The position numbers were made by a program, and so were the translations under genes. The notes below the pieces were generated by a model, which was given only the letters and a program-made list of their open reading frames with translations, was not told the origin of the DNA and ran no database searches. Of a stretch of 55,992 bases of DNA, positions 1 through 8,276 are shown in pieces (positions within the stretch are counted from its first letter, which is position 1; every line of letters begins with the position of its first letter). Source of the DNA: a virus (lineage: Duplodnaviria; Caudoviricetes). The stretch is from positions 1-55,992 of the IMG/VR virus record IMGVR_UViG_3300037461_000368; one strand, given 5' to 3'.

Positions 1-728
1 GTCCCCTTCCCGGTCGCCGCCTGCGCCTGCCGCTCCTCGCTGCCACGGTACGTGATCCCCGGGATACGGCCGGGGTCCTTGCCGGCGGCCTTGAGCGCGT
101 TGACGACCTCTTCCTTACTGAAGGTCAGCGCGAGCAGCTTGCGCGTGGCTCTCCCGCGAGCGCGCGAGATCGCCGTGTTGCGGACGTGGCTCCTGCGGAT
201 CTCCGAGAGCGGCAGGCGGCGCGGCCGCTTCTTGCCGGTCTCCTTGTCCGTCTCGGTCCCGTTGAAGAACCCGTCGCTCGTGGCGGCCGAGCTCGAATCG
301 GTCAGGTAGCGTCCCTGAAACTTCGCGGTTGTCGTCGCGAAGAACTCGATCACGGGGCCGCGTTCGTCGTTATAGTGGACGGCGTCCACCTTCGTGTCGT
401 CGAAGACCACGCCAAAGAACTGCGCGAACTTGAGCGCACCCGTCTCGGCAAGGTACGGCTTGTCGCCGGTCATGACCCAGTCGCTGGGGTCAGTCTCCTG
501 GACGGCGAGCGCGCGCAGACCGCGGTGGATCTGTATCATGTCGCGTGCTCTCGCCAGCGTCTGCTCGCCCCACGCCTCGGTCGGCAGGAGCGGGGAGGTC
601 GTGGCCGATCGCGCGGCGGCGAGCTCGGCCTGATCGTTCACGCGAATCGGCGCGAGCGAGGTCGGCGCCGGCTCGGGCGCGTACTCCTCCTCGTACGGGT
701 CGTGTCCGTCAGGGTCGTAGGTAGGCAT
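1..728 (-). CDS. Putative single-strand annealing/recombination protein, 5' part (allele A; continues across the circular junction into 55035-55287)
   Basis: ATG at 728 with AGGAGACCTGAC RBS; same protein as 55035-55955 (KPYLAETGALKFAQFFGV); lies upstream of a Cas4-like exonuclease. Confidence 0.6.
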   Translation of the reverse strand, partial: MPTYDPDGHDPYEEEYAPEPAPTSLAPIRVNDQAELAAARSATTSPLLPTEAWGEQTLARARDMIQIHRGLRALAVQETDPSDWVMTGDKPYLAETGALKFAQFFGVVFDDTKVDAVHYNDERGPVIEFFATTTAKFQGRYLTDSSSAATSDGFFNGTETDKETGKKRPRRLPLSEIRRSHVRNTAISRARGRATRKLLALTFSKEEVVNALKAAGKDPGRIPGITYRGSEERQAQAATGKG

Positions 729-766
729 GTCAGGTCTCCTTGTGTTGTGTGTCTATGCGTATACGC

Positions 767-943
767 TCACGCTTTGTCTTCGTCGTACTTCTCGTAGATA
801 CAGTCCCAGCACCACGGCGCGCCGTTGACCAGATCGTAGTCGTCGTCTTCGAGCTCGCAGCCGCAGTGCGCGCACGTCCGCTCGTCGTCCTCGTTCCAGG
901 GCTCGGGGCCGGTCGGGAATCGGTCGCAGACCTGGTCACCCAT
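767..943 (-). CDS. Small Cys-rich (CxxC...CxxC) zinc-finger protein, 58 aa
   Basis: Own translation MGDQVCDRF...CAHCGCE...WCWDCIYEKY; GGAGG RBS; below the ORF-track cutoff. Confidence 0.6.
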   Translation of the reverse strand: MGDQVCDRFPTGPEPWNEDDERTCAHCGCELEDDDYDLVNGAPWCWDCIYEKYDEDKA

Positions 944-1148
944 TGCTCGCCTCCCGCGCCGCGTGCGCGTTCTCCTGCCACTCGTCCTCCCCGGCCGGGA
1001 TGAAGTATTTCACGCACAGCTCGTTGAGCAGGTACGCGATGCGCGTCGCCGTTCTCCCGTCCGGGAACATCATGACCACGTCCGTATCCAGGTCGCGTAC
1101 CGTCCAGAGGTCGTCCGCGTCCGCGTGTTCAGTCACTCGCCATCGCAT
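936..1148 (-). CDS. Hypothetical protein
   Basis: MRWRVTEH start with GAGGA RBS; overlaps neighbours as in an operon. Confidence 0.55.
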   Translation of the reverse strand: MRWRVTEHADADDLWTVRDLDTDVVMMFPDGRTATRIAYLLNELCVKYFIPAGEDEWQENAHAAREASNG

Positions 1149-1333
1149 GGTGTCGTCCTCACTCCAACGTTGTAGTAGTCGCACAGGTACAGCGTCATCT
1201 CGTACAGCTTCCGCAGGCTCCGCTGAAAGGAGCCGTCCAGGATGTCGTCGCGTATCGACTCGCTCTCGCACATGGCGCCCGCGAGCGCCTCGATTCGGCG
1301 CAGGACGGCCAGGTTCTCGTCTCGGTCAGACAT
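1133..1333 (-). CDS. Hypothetical protein
   Basis: ATG 1333 preceded by AAGGAG. Confidence 0.55.
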   Translation of the reverse strand: MSDRDENLAVLRRIEALAGAMCESESIRDDILDGSFQRSLRKLYEMTLYLCDYYNVGVRTTPCDGE

Positions 1334-1347
1334 TGATTGTCTCCTTA

Positions 1348-1947
1348 TCACAACCGATCCGGGTTGATCCACTTCAGGTAGCGCTCGACCGCCGTTATCT
1401 CCGCGCCGTGACCCAGGCGCCGCTCGTCGATGGCGTCAAGGTGCGCGATCAGCGCGCGCGCCGCCGCGCAAAGTCCTTTCGCGTGCCGCTCCCACCGCTG
1501 CCGGAAGCAAAGAGCCGACCGCTTCCGCTTCCGTTCTTTGGCGTTTCGTTCGGCGATCATTCGCGTCTGTGCCGCAGCGAGCTCGACAGACGCGCTCTCC
1601 GCATCCTCGATCGTGCTGTAGAGATTCGCCTCTCGGTGAATCGTGCCGCTCCCGACCCCGGTCTCGACGAGCATATATCCTACCGGCTCGTCGTCGTGCG
1701 TATCGACCCGGACCGATCCGATCGTCCCTTGCCACACGTGTCCGGTATACTCCCACCGCGACACAAGGCCGGTCGATTCGTAGCCGTGGCGGCACGTCTG
1801 GCACGCTACTGTGAACGACTCGCCGGCGGGCGTCGTCACGGTCACAGCTTTCTCGCCGAGACAATCCGGGCACGTCTCGCCGTATTCGGTGCGCTGGAAC
1901 GTCGCGACCCAGACCTTGTCGCCGACGTCATGCTTCGTTTGAATCAT
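1348..1947 (-). CDS. Phage protein with CxxC...CxxC zinc ribbon
   Basis: MIQTKHDVGDKVW start; CPDC and CQTC motifs. Confidence 0.65.
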   Translation of the reverse strand: MIQTKHDVGDKVWVATFQRTEYGETCPDCLGEKAVTVTTPAGESFTVACQTCRHGYESTGLVSRWEYTGHVWQGTIGSVRVDTHDDEPVGYMLVETGVGSGTIHREANLYSTIEDAESASVELAAAQTRMIAERNAKERKRKRSALCFRQRWERHAKGLCAAARALIAHLDAIDERRLGHGAEITAVERYLKWINPDRL

Positions 1948-2170
1948 TGTCGTCCCCCCGTGTCGCGATTATGCGGTTGCACTGCTCGACGACCGTCTCG
2001 GCGTCGTCGCCGTAGACGATCTCCAGCGCCTCGCGTGCCAGCTCGTAGATTTTGTCGACGAGCTTCTCGACGCGCACGTCGTCGTCCCGAGCCGAACGCA
2101 CGATGCCGGTTGCGTGGTTCGCGATAGCGCCAGCGATCTGCCAAATTTTGATGCGCTCAAGACTATTCAT
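1928..2170 (-). CDS. Hypothetical protein
   Basis: ATGA overlap with xis; GGAGG RBS. Confidence 0.6.
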   Translation of the reverse strand: MNSLERIKIWQIAGAIANHATGIVRSARDDDVRVEKLVDKIYELAREALEIVYGDDAETVVEQCNRIIATRGDDNDSNEA

Positions 2171-2376
2171 GCGTTGATCCTCCTATGCTGTAGCCATTCC
2201 ATGAGATCCGACTCCGAGACCCTGAGCTCCAGGCCGAGCCGGATGGCCGGGAGCTCGCCGTAGTGGATGTAGCGTCGGACGGTCTGAACGCTCACGCCGA
2301 GCAGGCGCGCGACGGCGGCGACCGAGTGCCACTCCCGCCGGACGTCCCCGTCGCCGCCTGCCGTGCGTATGCTCAT
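2167..2376 (-). CDS. xis: Excisionase-family HTH protein (HTH_17-like)
   Basis: SVAAVARLLGVSVQTVRRYIHYGELPAIRLG...LRV pattern; near the integrase. Confidence 0.75.
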   Translation of the reverse strand: MSIRTAGGDGDVRREWHSVAAVARLLGVSVQTVRRYIHYGELPAIRLGLELRVSESDLMEWLQHRRINA

Positions 2377-2380
2377 GTGC

Positions 2381-2614
2381 CTACGCGCTCCGGACCGCGT
2401 TAATGGCCGCGAGCCAAGCATCGAGCCACCGAACGATCGCGTCCCGCGCCTCGGGGAACTTCGCGAACGTGGGGAGCTTCTTGAAGACCGAGTAGCCGCT
2501 CGTCGGGGAGAACTTCCGGAGCAGCGCTCCGTCGGTCCTGAGAACGTAGGTCATGCCGCCCGGCGTCTTCCACCGGGCGTACTCAGTGTGGCCTCGTGCG
2601 CTGATCTTCGCCAT
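2381..2614 (-). CDS. Hypothetical protein, first gene of the leftward early operon
   Basis: AAGGAGGT RBS; downstream of a predicted sigma70 promoter. Confidence 0.65.
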   Translation of the reverse strand: MAKISARGHTEYARWKTPGGMTYVLRTDGALLRKFSPTSGYSVFKKLPTFAKFPEARDAIVRWLDAWLAAINAVRSA

Positions 2615-2658
2615 TCTGACCTCCTTGCGCTTTCGCGCATCTGTCTAACCTGCGTAGG

Positions 2659-2687
2659 AGCATAAGCGATCCAAATGCGCTTTTCAA
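2659..2687 (-). promoter_or_regulatory. Leftward sigma70-type promoter TTGAAA-17-TATGCT; overlaps inverted repeat CGCTTTT-N6-AAAAGCG (2678-2697, candidate operator)
   Basis: Consensus match in an AT-rich divergent intergenic region. Confidence 0.6.
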
Positions 2688-2791
2688 ATTAAAAGCGGGT
2701 AATAATCACGGATTTAATCTTTCTTTTCCTGCGTCCGCGTGCGAGCATGGATGGACGGTGGAGGTTAGACAACGTTCAGAAAGGAGGTACC

Positions 2792-3196
2792 ATGGCGCGA
2801 CTGCGACCATCTGTCTTCCGCAAGGCAATGATCGATCTCGTCGAGCGCACCCGGTCGAAGTTCTCACAACGCGAGCTCCTGCGGCGCGCGAACCTGTCTA
2901 CCGGCCTGATCGGGAAGTACCTGCGCGAAGGCGCGCTCAACCCGGACGGGTATGTGCTCCATGCGCTCTTCCGCGCGTCCGAGGTCTCGGCCGAAGACCT
3001 GATCGCGACCTGGCAGTGGTCCATGTGTCCGGCCGTCTTCTGGTCGATCGCGTTCATGGACCTGCCGGCCCCGACGGCTCAGGAGCAGGTCGACCGCCTG
3101 AAGGCTCTCCTCCTCGCCGGGAAGCTCGCGCCGATCGCAGCGCCTTCACGCCTTCTTCGGCGTCCACCTCCCGGTAGCACTCGAGAACCGTCCTGA
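2792..3196 (+). CDS. Xre-family HTH regulator, probable immunity repressor
   Basis: SQRELLRRANLSTGLIGKYLREG...P HTH; divergent from the early operon and adjacent to int; AAGGAGGT RBS. Confidence 0.6.
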   Translation: MARLRPSVFRKAMIDLVERTRSKFSQRELLRRANLSTGLIGKYLREGALNPDGYVLHALFRASEVSAEDLIATWQWSMCPAVFWSIAFMDLPAPTAQEQVDRLKALLLAGKLAPIAAPSRLLRRPPPGSTREPS

Positions 3197-4115
3197 GATC
3201 CCGATGGTCAGACAACCACATGGCCACCTCCAGCGCCACGCCAGCGCGTCTCAGCCGCGTCAGGAACGTCCGGCGCAGGTCATGGACCCTGAGCCATGGC
3301 AGCCCGGCCGACGCAACCACGGCCAGCCATACGCGTTTACCGAGCCGTCCGAAGATCCGGTCCCGAGACCGGCCGCGCCGCGACCGCAGGAGCTCCAGAA
3401 TCTCGTCCGGCACCGGCCGACCAAGGAAGGGTTGACGGCTTTTCATCTTAGCCGCCGGTATCTGCCAGACCCCGGCGTCAAGGTCAACGTCCGACCAGGT
3501 CACAGTCTCAACCGCCCCACGTCTGAGTCCTGTCAGGAGCAGGCAGAGGATTGCGCTATAGGCTCCATTTCCGGCCCTCTGGGCGCTCCCGAGCAAACGC
3601 GACTCTTCGGTAGGGGTCAGCGCCCGGACGGCCCGTGCGGGCTCCTGGTGCCGGGAAACGAGCGCTGCCGGGTTCCCGCGCACCCAGCCACGCGCACACG
3701 CATATGCGAAGAAGCTCCGGAGCGCCGCTCTCTCCCCGTTCACGGTCACGGCCGAGCGTCCCATGGCTCGGCGTATACGCAGGTAGCCGGCCAGCCGGTC
3801 GGCCGTCAGGTCGTCCAGGAGCGCGTGCGGTCCGAAGTGCCGCACCCACCGCCGTCCCATCCCGCCATAGACGACCTGGTAGCCACGGGACATGCGCGGC
3901 CGCTTCGCCTCGAGCCACGCCTCGACCGCTTCCCCGAGCTCCTGCGGCTCCGTCCCGCTCTCCCGTGCCGCGCGCCGGCGCCACCCCTCGACCACCTCGA
4001 CCGCCTCCCGGTAGAGCCGCGTCCCCGTCGAGCGCATGGTCCTCGTGCCGTCCTCGCGCACGGCCATGACGTAGTAGATCCTATTCGATCTCCGATACGG
4101 TCGCCCGTAACGCAT
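3054..4115 (-). CDS. int: Tyrosine integrase
   Basis: TGLRRG, HDLRRT, DH and C-terminal Y catalytic motifs; SAM-like N-domain (LRSFFAYA...NP); next to attP. Confidence 0.93.
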   Translation of the reverse strand: MRYGRPYRRSNRIYYVMAVREDGTRTMRSTGTRLYREAVEVVEGWRRRAARESGTEPQELGEAVEAWLEAKRPRMSRGYQVVYGGMGRRWVRHFGPHALLDDLTADRLAGYLRIRRAMGRSAVTVNGERAALRSFFAYACARGWVRGNPAALVSRHQEPARAVRALTPTEESRLLGSAQRAGNGAYSAILCLLLTGLRRGAVETVTWSDVDLDAGVWQIPAAKMKSRQPFLGRPVPDEILELLRSRRGRSRDRIFGRLGKRVWLAVVASAGLPWLRVHDLRRTFLTRLRRAGVALEVAMWLSDHRDLRTVLECYREVDAEEGVKALRSARASRRGGEPSGGRPAPEPSGPAGP

Positions 4116-4131
4116 GGTGCCACCTACCTGC

Positions 4132-4146
4132 TGCTTGCAGATTGCA
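4132..4146. promoter_or_regulatory. Candidate integrase arm-type sites, left (TGCTTGCA, AGATTGCA)
   Basis: Same octamers occur as a pair at 4367-4385 on the other side of the att core. Confidence 0.45.
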
Positions 4147-4258
4147 TGCAAGAGGCACGATACACGAGCGATCAACAGATATCAATGGGTATCACCTATC
4201 CCGCGCCGCCGTCCGTAGATAGGGTGCGTATGGGCATTTACAGCGACCGGCCAAATCC

Positions 4259-4305
4259 GAATGGGGTTCTAGTGGTCGCAGGTTCGAGTCCTGTCGCCCC
4301 GACCA
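4259..4305 (+). other. attP core: 3' half of tRNA-Pro(GGG), from anticodon loop to CCA
   Basis: GAATGGGGTTCTAGTGGTCGCAGGTTCGAGTCCTGTCGCCCCGACCA contains the anticodon loop, T-arm GGTTCGAGTCC, 3' acceptor strand and CCA; 5' half absent. Confidence 0.85.
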
Positions 4306-4309
4306 CCTT

Positions 4310-4349
4310 AAAGCCGCGTGACTCCTACAGTTGCGCGGCCTTTTTGTTT
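4310..4349 (+). terminator. Intrinsic terminator after the tRNA fragment
   Basis: GCCGCG...CGCGGC stem followed by CTTTTTGTTT. Confidence 0.7.
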
Positions 4350-4555
4350 CGCAACTCCGCGACGTCTGATTGCAAGGTGCTTGCATCCACGACGTCGAGC
4401 GTCGCCACGAGCGACCGCCAGAACGCCTGGCAGTGCTCGCACCGGCTCGCATGCCACGCGATCCGCCACTCGGTCAACCACCGGCGCCGCTCCCCGAGCG
4501 CGTACGCCACCATGAGATCACAGATACGACGACACGTGCTGCGCGACCAAAGCAT
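4325..4555 (-). CDS. Stand-alone zf-HC2/ZAS anti-sigma-type zinc-finger protein
   Basis: C-RRICDLMVAYALGE...WHASRCEHC (HxxxCxxC); AGGAGG RBS. Confidence 0.65.
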   Translation of the reverse strand: MLWSRSTCRRICDLMVAYALGERRRWLTEWRIAWHASRCEHCQAFWRSLVATLDVVDASTLQSDVAELRNKKAAQL

Positions 4556-4648
4556 ACCGGCAATCCTCCTGTCTGTAGCGGTGCCGACGCTGGCCAAGAA
4601 CATAAGCAACTGGACCCTGGTACCAGTCCACTTTTTTAGGAAGTTCCC

Positions 4649-5209
4649 ATGGTTTTAATGAAAATGTCACGGTGTGTCAGTGTCGCACTCGCCGCCGGCC
4701 TGCTGCCCGGCTGCGCCTGCATCGTCTCCGGCTTCGCGAGCCGCGAGACGGTCACGATCACGACCGAGCCCGGGGGCGCGCTCGTTCGCGCGCAGGGCGC
4801 CAGCATCGAGGCTTGCGGCGAAAGCCGGTGGCTCGTCGAGAAGTCAGGCTCACCGGTTCAGCTCGTCATCGAGAAGGACGGCTACCGACCGGCCGCAGCC
4901 ACGATCGACTCCTCCCTGTCCCCCTGGGCCCCCATCGGCTGGCTGGCCTGGGGCCTCATCGGCGTATGTATCGACCTGGCGACCGGCTGCGGATACGACA
5001 TGACCGAGCGCGTCAACGTCACCCTCGAGCCGGACCCCACATACGTCGCACCCCGGACGGCCGAGCGTATGCTCACGCAGCAGCTAACGATGTCGGCCGA
5101 CGATCTCGCGCACATACGTGCCGAACGAGCGCGCAAGGAGGAGGAGCGGTCGCGCTCGGCGCGCACATACAACGAGGAGAACCGCGACCGATACGGAACG
5201 TGGAAATGA
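4649..5209 (+). CDS. PEGA-domain lipoprotein (accessory, possible superinfection exclusion)
   Basis: Lipobox LLPGC; ITTEPGGALV...IEKDGY PEGA pattern; hydrophobic hairpin ending IDLATG. Confidence 0.65.
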   Translation: MVLMKMSRCVSVALAAGLLPGCACIVSGFASRETVTITTEPGGALVRAQGASIEACGESRWLVEKSGSPVQLVIEKDGYRPAAATIDSSLSPWAPIGWLAWGLIGVCIDLATGCGYDMTERVNVTLEPDPTYVAPRTAERMLTQQLTMSADDLAHIRAERARKEEERSRSARTYNEENRDRYGTWK

Positions 5210-5341
5210 GGGTCAAAATTTTTCATAATCCCCTAAGTCGTTATGCCGGTTAAGTACTTACAAATTTCAGAAATAAATAGTTGGCAGGGGCGAAGTCGTA
5301 AATGCGTACGCGTATAAGCGTTATGCAATTTTAGCGAGAGC

Positions 5342-5370
5342 TTGACAAAGAGGCAGATCATCGGTATGCT
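5342..5370 (+). promoter_or_regulatory. Rightward sigma70 promoter TTGACA-17-TATGCT
   Basis: Near-consensus hexamers with ideal spacing. Confidence 0.6.
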
Positions 5371-5514
5371 AAGAGCACGGGACGTGCGGAAAAATAGGCC
5401 CCCACGCAGCCAAGGGCAAGTGGGTCCCCCGTTTTTCATCCCCCCGTCTTCCGAAGCGTAGCGAAGGGTCCCGGCTGCGCAGCAGCGATTTCGGCCCGGA
5501 GCGATTCCGGGCGA

Positions 5515-5826
5515 TCAGAAGACGTCGCTTTCCAGCTTCCCGCAGTCGTTGCCGTCCTGTCGCATGTGTCTCGGCGGACAGCAGCGTATGTCGGGGATGG
5601 CTGGCGCAACCGGAGCCGGCGGCACATACGGAGACGGTTGCGGCACCTGAGCCGGAACGGGATCAAGCATGACCGCCCCACGCTGATCGCGTATCTCGCG
5701 CAGCGTCATATTCACCGCGACGAGCTCCCCGCGTATGTCGAAGAGCCGTTGCCGTATGCTGTCGAGCATCTGAATCGTCTCGGTATGTCGTTCCGATTCG
5801 ATCTCTTCTGGGAATGGGTTCATCAT
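5515..5826 (-). CDS. Hypothetical coiled-coil/Pro-rich protein
   Basis: GGAGGAG RBS; operon overlap. Confidence 0.55.
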   Translation of the reverse strand: MMNPFPEEIESERHTETIQMLDSIRQRLFDIRGELVAVNMTLREIRDQRGAVMLDPVPAQVPQPSPYVPPAPVAPAIPDIRCCPPRHMRQDGNDCGKLESDVF

Positions 5827-6008
5827 CTCCTCCCGAGCCACAGCCGTCCGGCCTTGACACATACGACGTCGCGCACGCGGTTCTGTGTCACCCGGGCTCG
5901 CAGCTCCCGGTCGAACTCGTGCCGCTTCTCCTCCCGCCGCGCCGAGTCGGCGCCGAGCACATACGCAAGCTGAAGGACTTGAAGGATACGGTCAGGAGTC
6001 GGACGCAC
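5823..6008 (-). CDS. Hypothetical protein
   Basis: Overlapping operon structure. Confidence 0.45.
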   Translation of the reverse strand: MRPTPDRILQVLQLAYVLGADSARREEKRHEFDRELRARVTQNRVRDVVCVKAGRLWLGRR

Positions 6009-6174
6009 CGTCTTGCTCGATCACCTTCCGCCGCAGCAAGTCCAAAACCTCGGCCATCACCTCGTCGTAGTGCCGTCCCAGGTCGTACGCCACGTCATGC
6101 AGGTCAACCTCCCTCCCGTCCCGCCGCGCCAGCTCCAGGATCAGCCGGTCGCGCGTCTCCGTCGTCCTGTCCAT
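5992..6174 (-). CDS. Small winged-helix-like protein
   Basis: GGAGGTG RBS; LHDVAYDLGRHYDEV...LLRRKVI pattern. Confidence 0.5.
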   Translation of the reverse strand: MDRTTETRDRLILELARRDGREVDLHDVAYDLGRHYDEVMAEVLDLLRRKVIEQDGASDS

Positions 6175-6400
6175 TCAGAATCACCTCCAGTCGCCAGTGT
6201 GCTCCCGGCACCAACGCGCCGGGTCGCAGGCCGAGCGCCAGCCGTAGCGCTTCCAGGACGCCATGGCTCGGCCGCTTCCTCATGCCACGCTCCAGCCGGC
6301 TGATCGTGCTCCCCGGCACCCCGCTCAGGAGCGCCAGGTCCGCCAGGCTCATGTCCGTCCGCATCCGATACGCTCGCAGGCATACTCTACGCTCGGCCAT
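6104..6400 (-). CDS. Xre/Cro-family HTH regulator (leaderless)
   Basis: LRAYRMRTDMSLADLALLSGVPGSTISRLERG...P HTH_3 signature. Confidence 0.85.
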   Translation of the reverse strand: MAERRVCLRAYRMRTDMSLADLALLSGVPGSTISRLERGMRKRPSHGVLEALRLALGLRPGALVPGAHWRLEVILNGQDDGDARPADPGAGAAGREGG

Positions 6401-6407
6401 GTCTATG

Positions 6408-6437
6408 AGTATACGCGTACGCTACGGCCGTTGTCAA
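6408..6437 (-). promoter_or_regulatory. Leftward sigma70 promoter TTGACA-18-TATACT, 7 nt before the ATG
   Basis: Consensus hexamers; the distance implies a leaderless mRNA. Confidence 0.7.
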
Positions 6438-6492
6438 TTGGCAGTTTCCCCGATTGCCAGAAGGCAACAAGACACGAACCACAACATATGGT

Positions 6493-6942
6493 ATGCCGGA
6501 CTATACCGTGGATACCATAGACGGCGGGAATGTATCGAAATCAGACGTTCCCGGTCAGCCTGCCGAACTATCTCCAATCGAACCTGCACGAACGCCAAAA
6601 GTTCAACGCGACGCGCGGGGATACCTCCTCAAAGGGTCGGTCCTGAACCCGACCGGACGCAAGACCGTAAGCCTCCCGGCCACCATACGCCACTTCCTCC
6701 GGGAGAAGGACCCCAACGATAAGCTCGGCCGCACCCGCCTCCAGATCCTTATCCTCGCCACATATCGCGAGGCCCTGAACGGCAACACCCGCGCCGTCGA
6801 GCTCCTGCATGACCGTGGTTTCGGCAAGACCCCGGACCGGCTGATCTCGGATACGGTCGAAGGTTGGGGAGTTCTCACGGACGACGAGGAGGACATACCC
6901 GACGGTAGCGAGATCGAGATCCCGGAGGGACCGGCCGAGTGA
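6493..6942 (+). CDS. terS: Terminase small subunit
   Basis: RDARGYLLKGSVLNPTGR motif; directly upstream of terL. Confidence 0.75.
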   Translation: MPDYTVDTIDGGNVSKSDVPGQPAELSPIEPARTPKVQRDARGYLLKGSVLNPTGRKTVSLPATIRHFLREKDPNDKLGRTRLQILILATYREALNGNTRAVELLHDRGFGKTPDRLISDTVEGWGVLTDDEEDIPDGSEIEIPEGPAE

Positions 6943-8276
6943 GCGCGTGCATGGAATACGAGGCACCACCGCTCCGATACGTCCGCCGCCTGCGTATCTG
7001 CCGCACCCGGGAAGAAGCGCTCGCGCTCCGCGCTGGCGAGCCGGACGAGAGCGGCATCCCGACATACGGCACTACGGTCAAGGCCGCACGCTTCCTACGC
7101 GCACCGCAGCGCTTCCGTGCGTATGTGGGCGGCGTCGGGAGCGGCAAGAGTTGGGCCGGTATCGACGCCTGCATCGAGGCCGCGTGCGAGCGGCAGTGCA
7201 AGGGCCTGATCGTCGCGCCTACATACGGTATCCTGCGTGACGTCATCGTCGAGGACTTCAAGGCGAGGGCCGGCGGCTTCCTCGCGCAACACCTCCGTGC
7301 AGATAACGAGTTCATCCTTGCCAACGGCTCGACGATCCTGCTGCGATCGGCCGATCGGCCCGACCTCCTGCGCGGACCCTCGGTCTCCTGGGCGTGGGGG
7401 GACGAGGCGGCGCAATGGGACGAGTACGTATACCGCATGGTCATCGCCCGACTGCGTGAGCGCGGCACCGCTGGGCGCCTGTGGCTGACTACGACGCCGC
7501 GCGGCCGCAACCACTGGCTCTTCCGTCGGTTCGTCACGCCCGCCGTCGCCACCCCCGAAGAGCGCGCCGCGCACGCGCGCGAGTGGTTCCTCGTCCAGGC
7601 GAGGACTGACGAGAACGTCTTCCTGCACCCCGACTACGTGACCGCGCTCAAGACTGACTACGGCGTGACGTCGTGGTTCGGCCGGCAGGAGCTACTCGGA
7701 GAGTTCGTCGATCCCGAAGGCGCACTCTTCAAGCGCGAGTGGTTCCCGGTCGTCGAACGCGCGCAAGTCCCCGAGCTCGCATGGCAGGCACGCGGCTGGG
7801 ATCTCGCCTTCACCACGAAGGAATCCTCGGACTACACCGTCGGCGTCAAGCTCGGCGTTACCCGCGACGCGCATATCTACGTCCTCGACGTTATACGCGG
7901 CCGCTGGGAGTGGCCGGAGGCGAAAGAGATCATCGTCAACTCGGCGCTCGTCGATGGTCCAGAGTGCTCCGTCGAGGTCGAGACCGTGGCCGCGCAGACC
8001 ATGGCGTGGCAAGAGCTTCTACGCGACCCGCGCCTTATGCGCTGCACGATCAACCCGGCGCCGCGCACACGCGACAAGAAGATATCCGCTCTGCCACTCG
8101 CCGGGCGTGCCGAGGCCGGCCGCGTGAGCGTCGTCAACGCCTCCTGGACGGCTGAATACCTCGACGAGATGCTGTCCTTCGTCGGCGACGGGAAGGATCA
8201 TGACGACCAGGTAGACGCCACGGTGAACGCGCTGCACCTCGACGTCGAACCCATGCCGCGAGCGTACTACCTATGA
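6939..8276 (+). CDS. terL: Terminase large subunit
   Basis: Walker A GGVGSGKS, WGDEAA Walker B, TTTPRG, nuclease WDLA...DYT...HDDQVDA. Confidence 0.95.
   Translation: MSACMEYEAPPLRYVRRLRICRTREEALALRAGEPDESGIPTYGTTVKAARFLRAPQRFRAYVGGVGSGKSWAGIDACIEAACERQCKGLIVAPTYGILRDVIVEDFKARAGGFLAQHLRADNEFILANGSTILLRSADRPDLLRGPSVSWAWGDEAAQWDEYVYRMVIARLRERGTAGRLWLTTTPRGRNHWLFRRFVTPAVATPEERAAHAREWFLVQARTDENVFLHPDYVTALKTDYGVTSWFGRQELLGEFVDPEGALFKREWFPVVERAQVPELAWQARGWDLAFTTKESSDYTVGVKLGVTRDAHIYVLDVIRGRWEWPEAKEIIVNSALVDGPECSVEVETVAAQTMAWQELLRDPRLMRCTINPAPRTRDKKISALPLAGRAEAGRVSVVNASWTAEYLDEMLSFVGDGKDHDDQVDATVNALHLDVEPMPRAYYL

Noticed and set aside
1-708. True direct terminal repeats
   Set aside because: The copies diverge after 99 bp, whereas packaged DTRs should be identical
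186-2127. Long + strand ORFs here, and similar antisense ORFs elsewhere (3204-4658, 11846-13489, 28551-30008)
   Set aside because: Shadow frames of GC-rich genes: Arg/Pro-rich, no RBS, opposite well-supported CDSs
4230-4305. Complete tRNA-Pro gene
   Set aside because: The D-arm and 5' acceptor strand are missing; it is an att core
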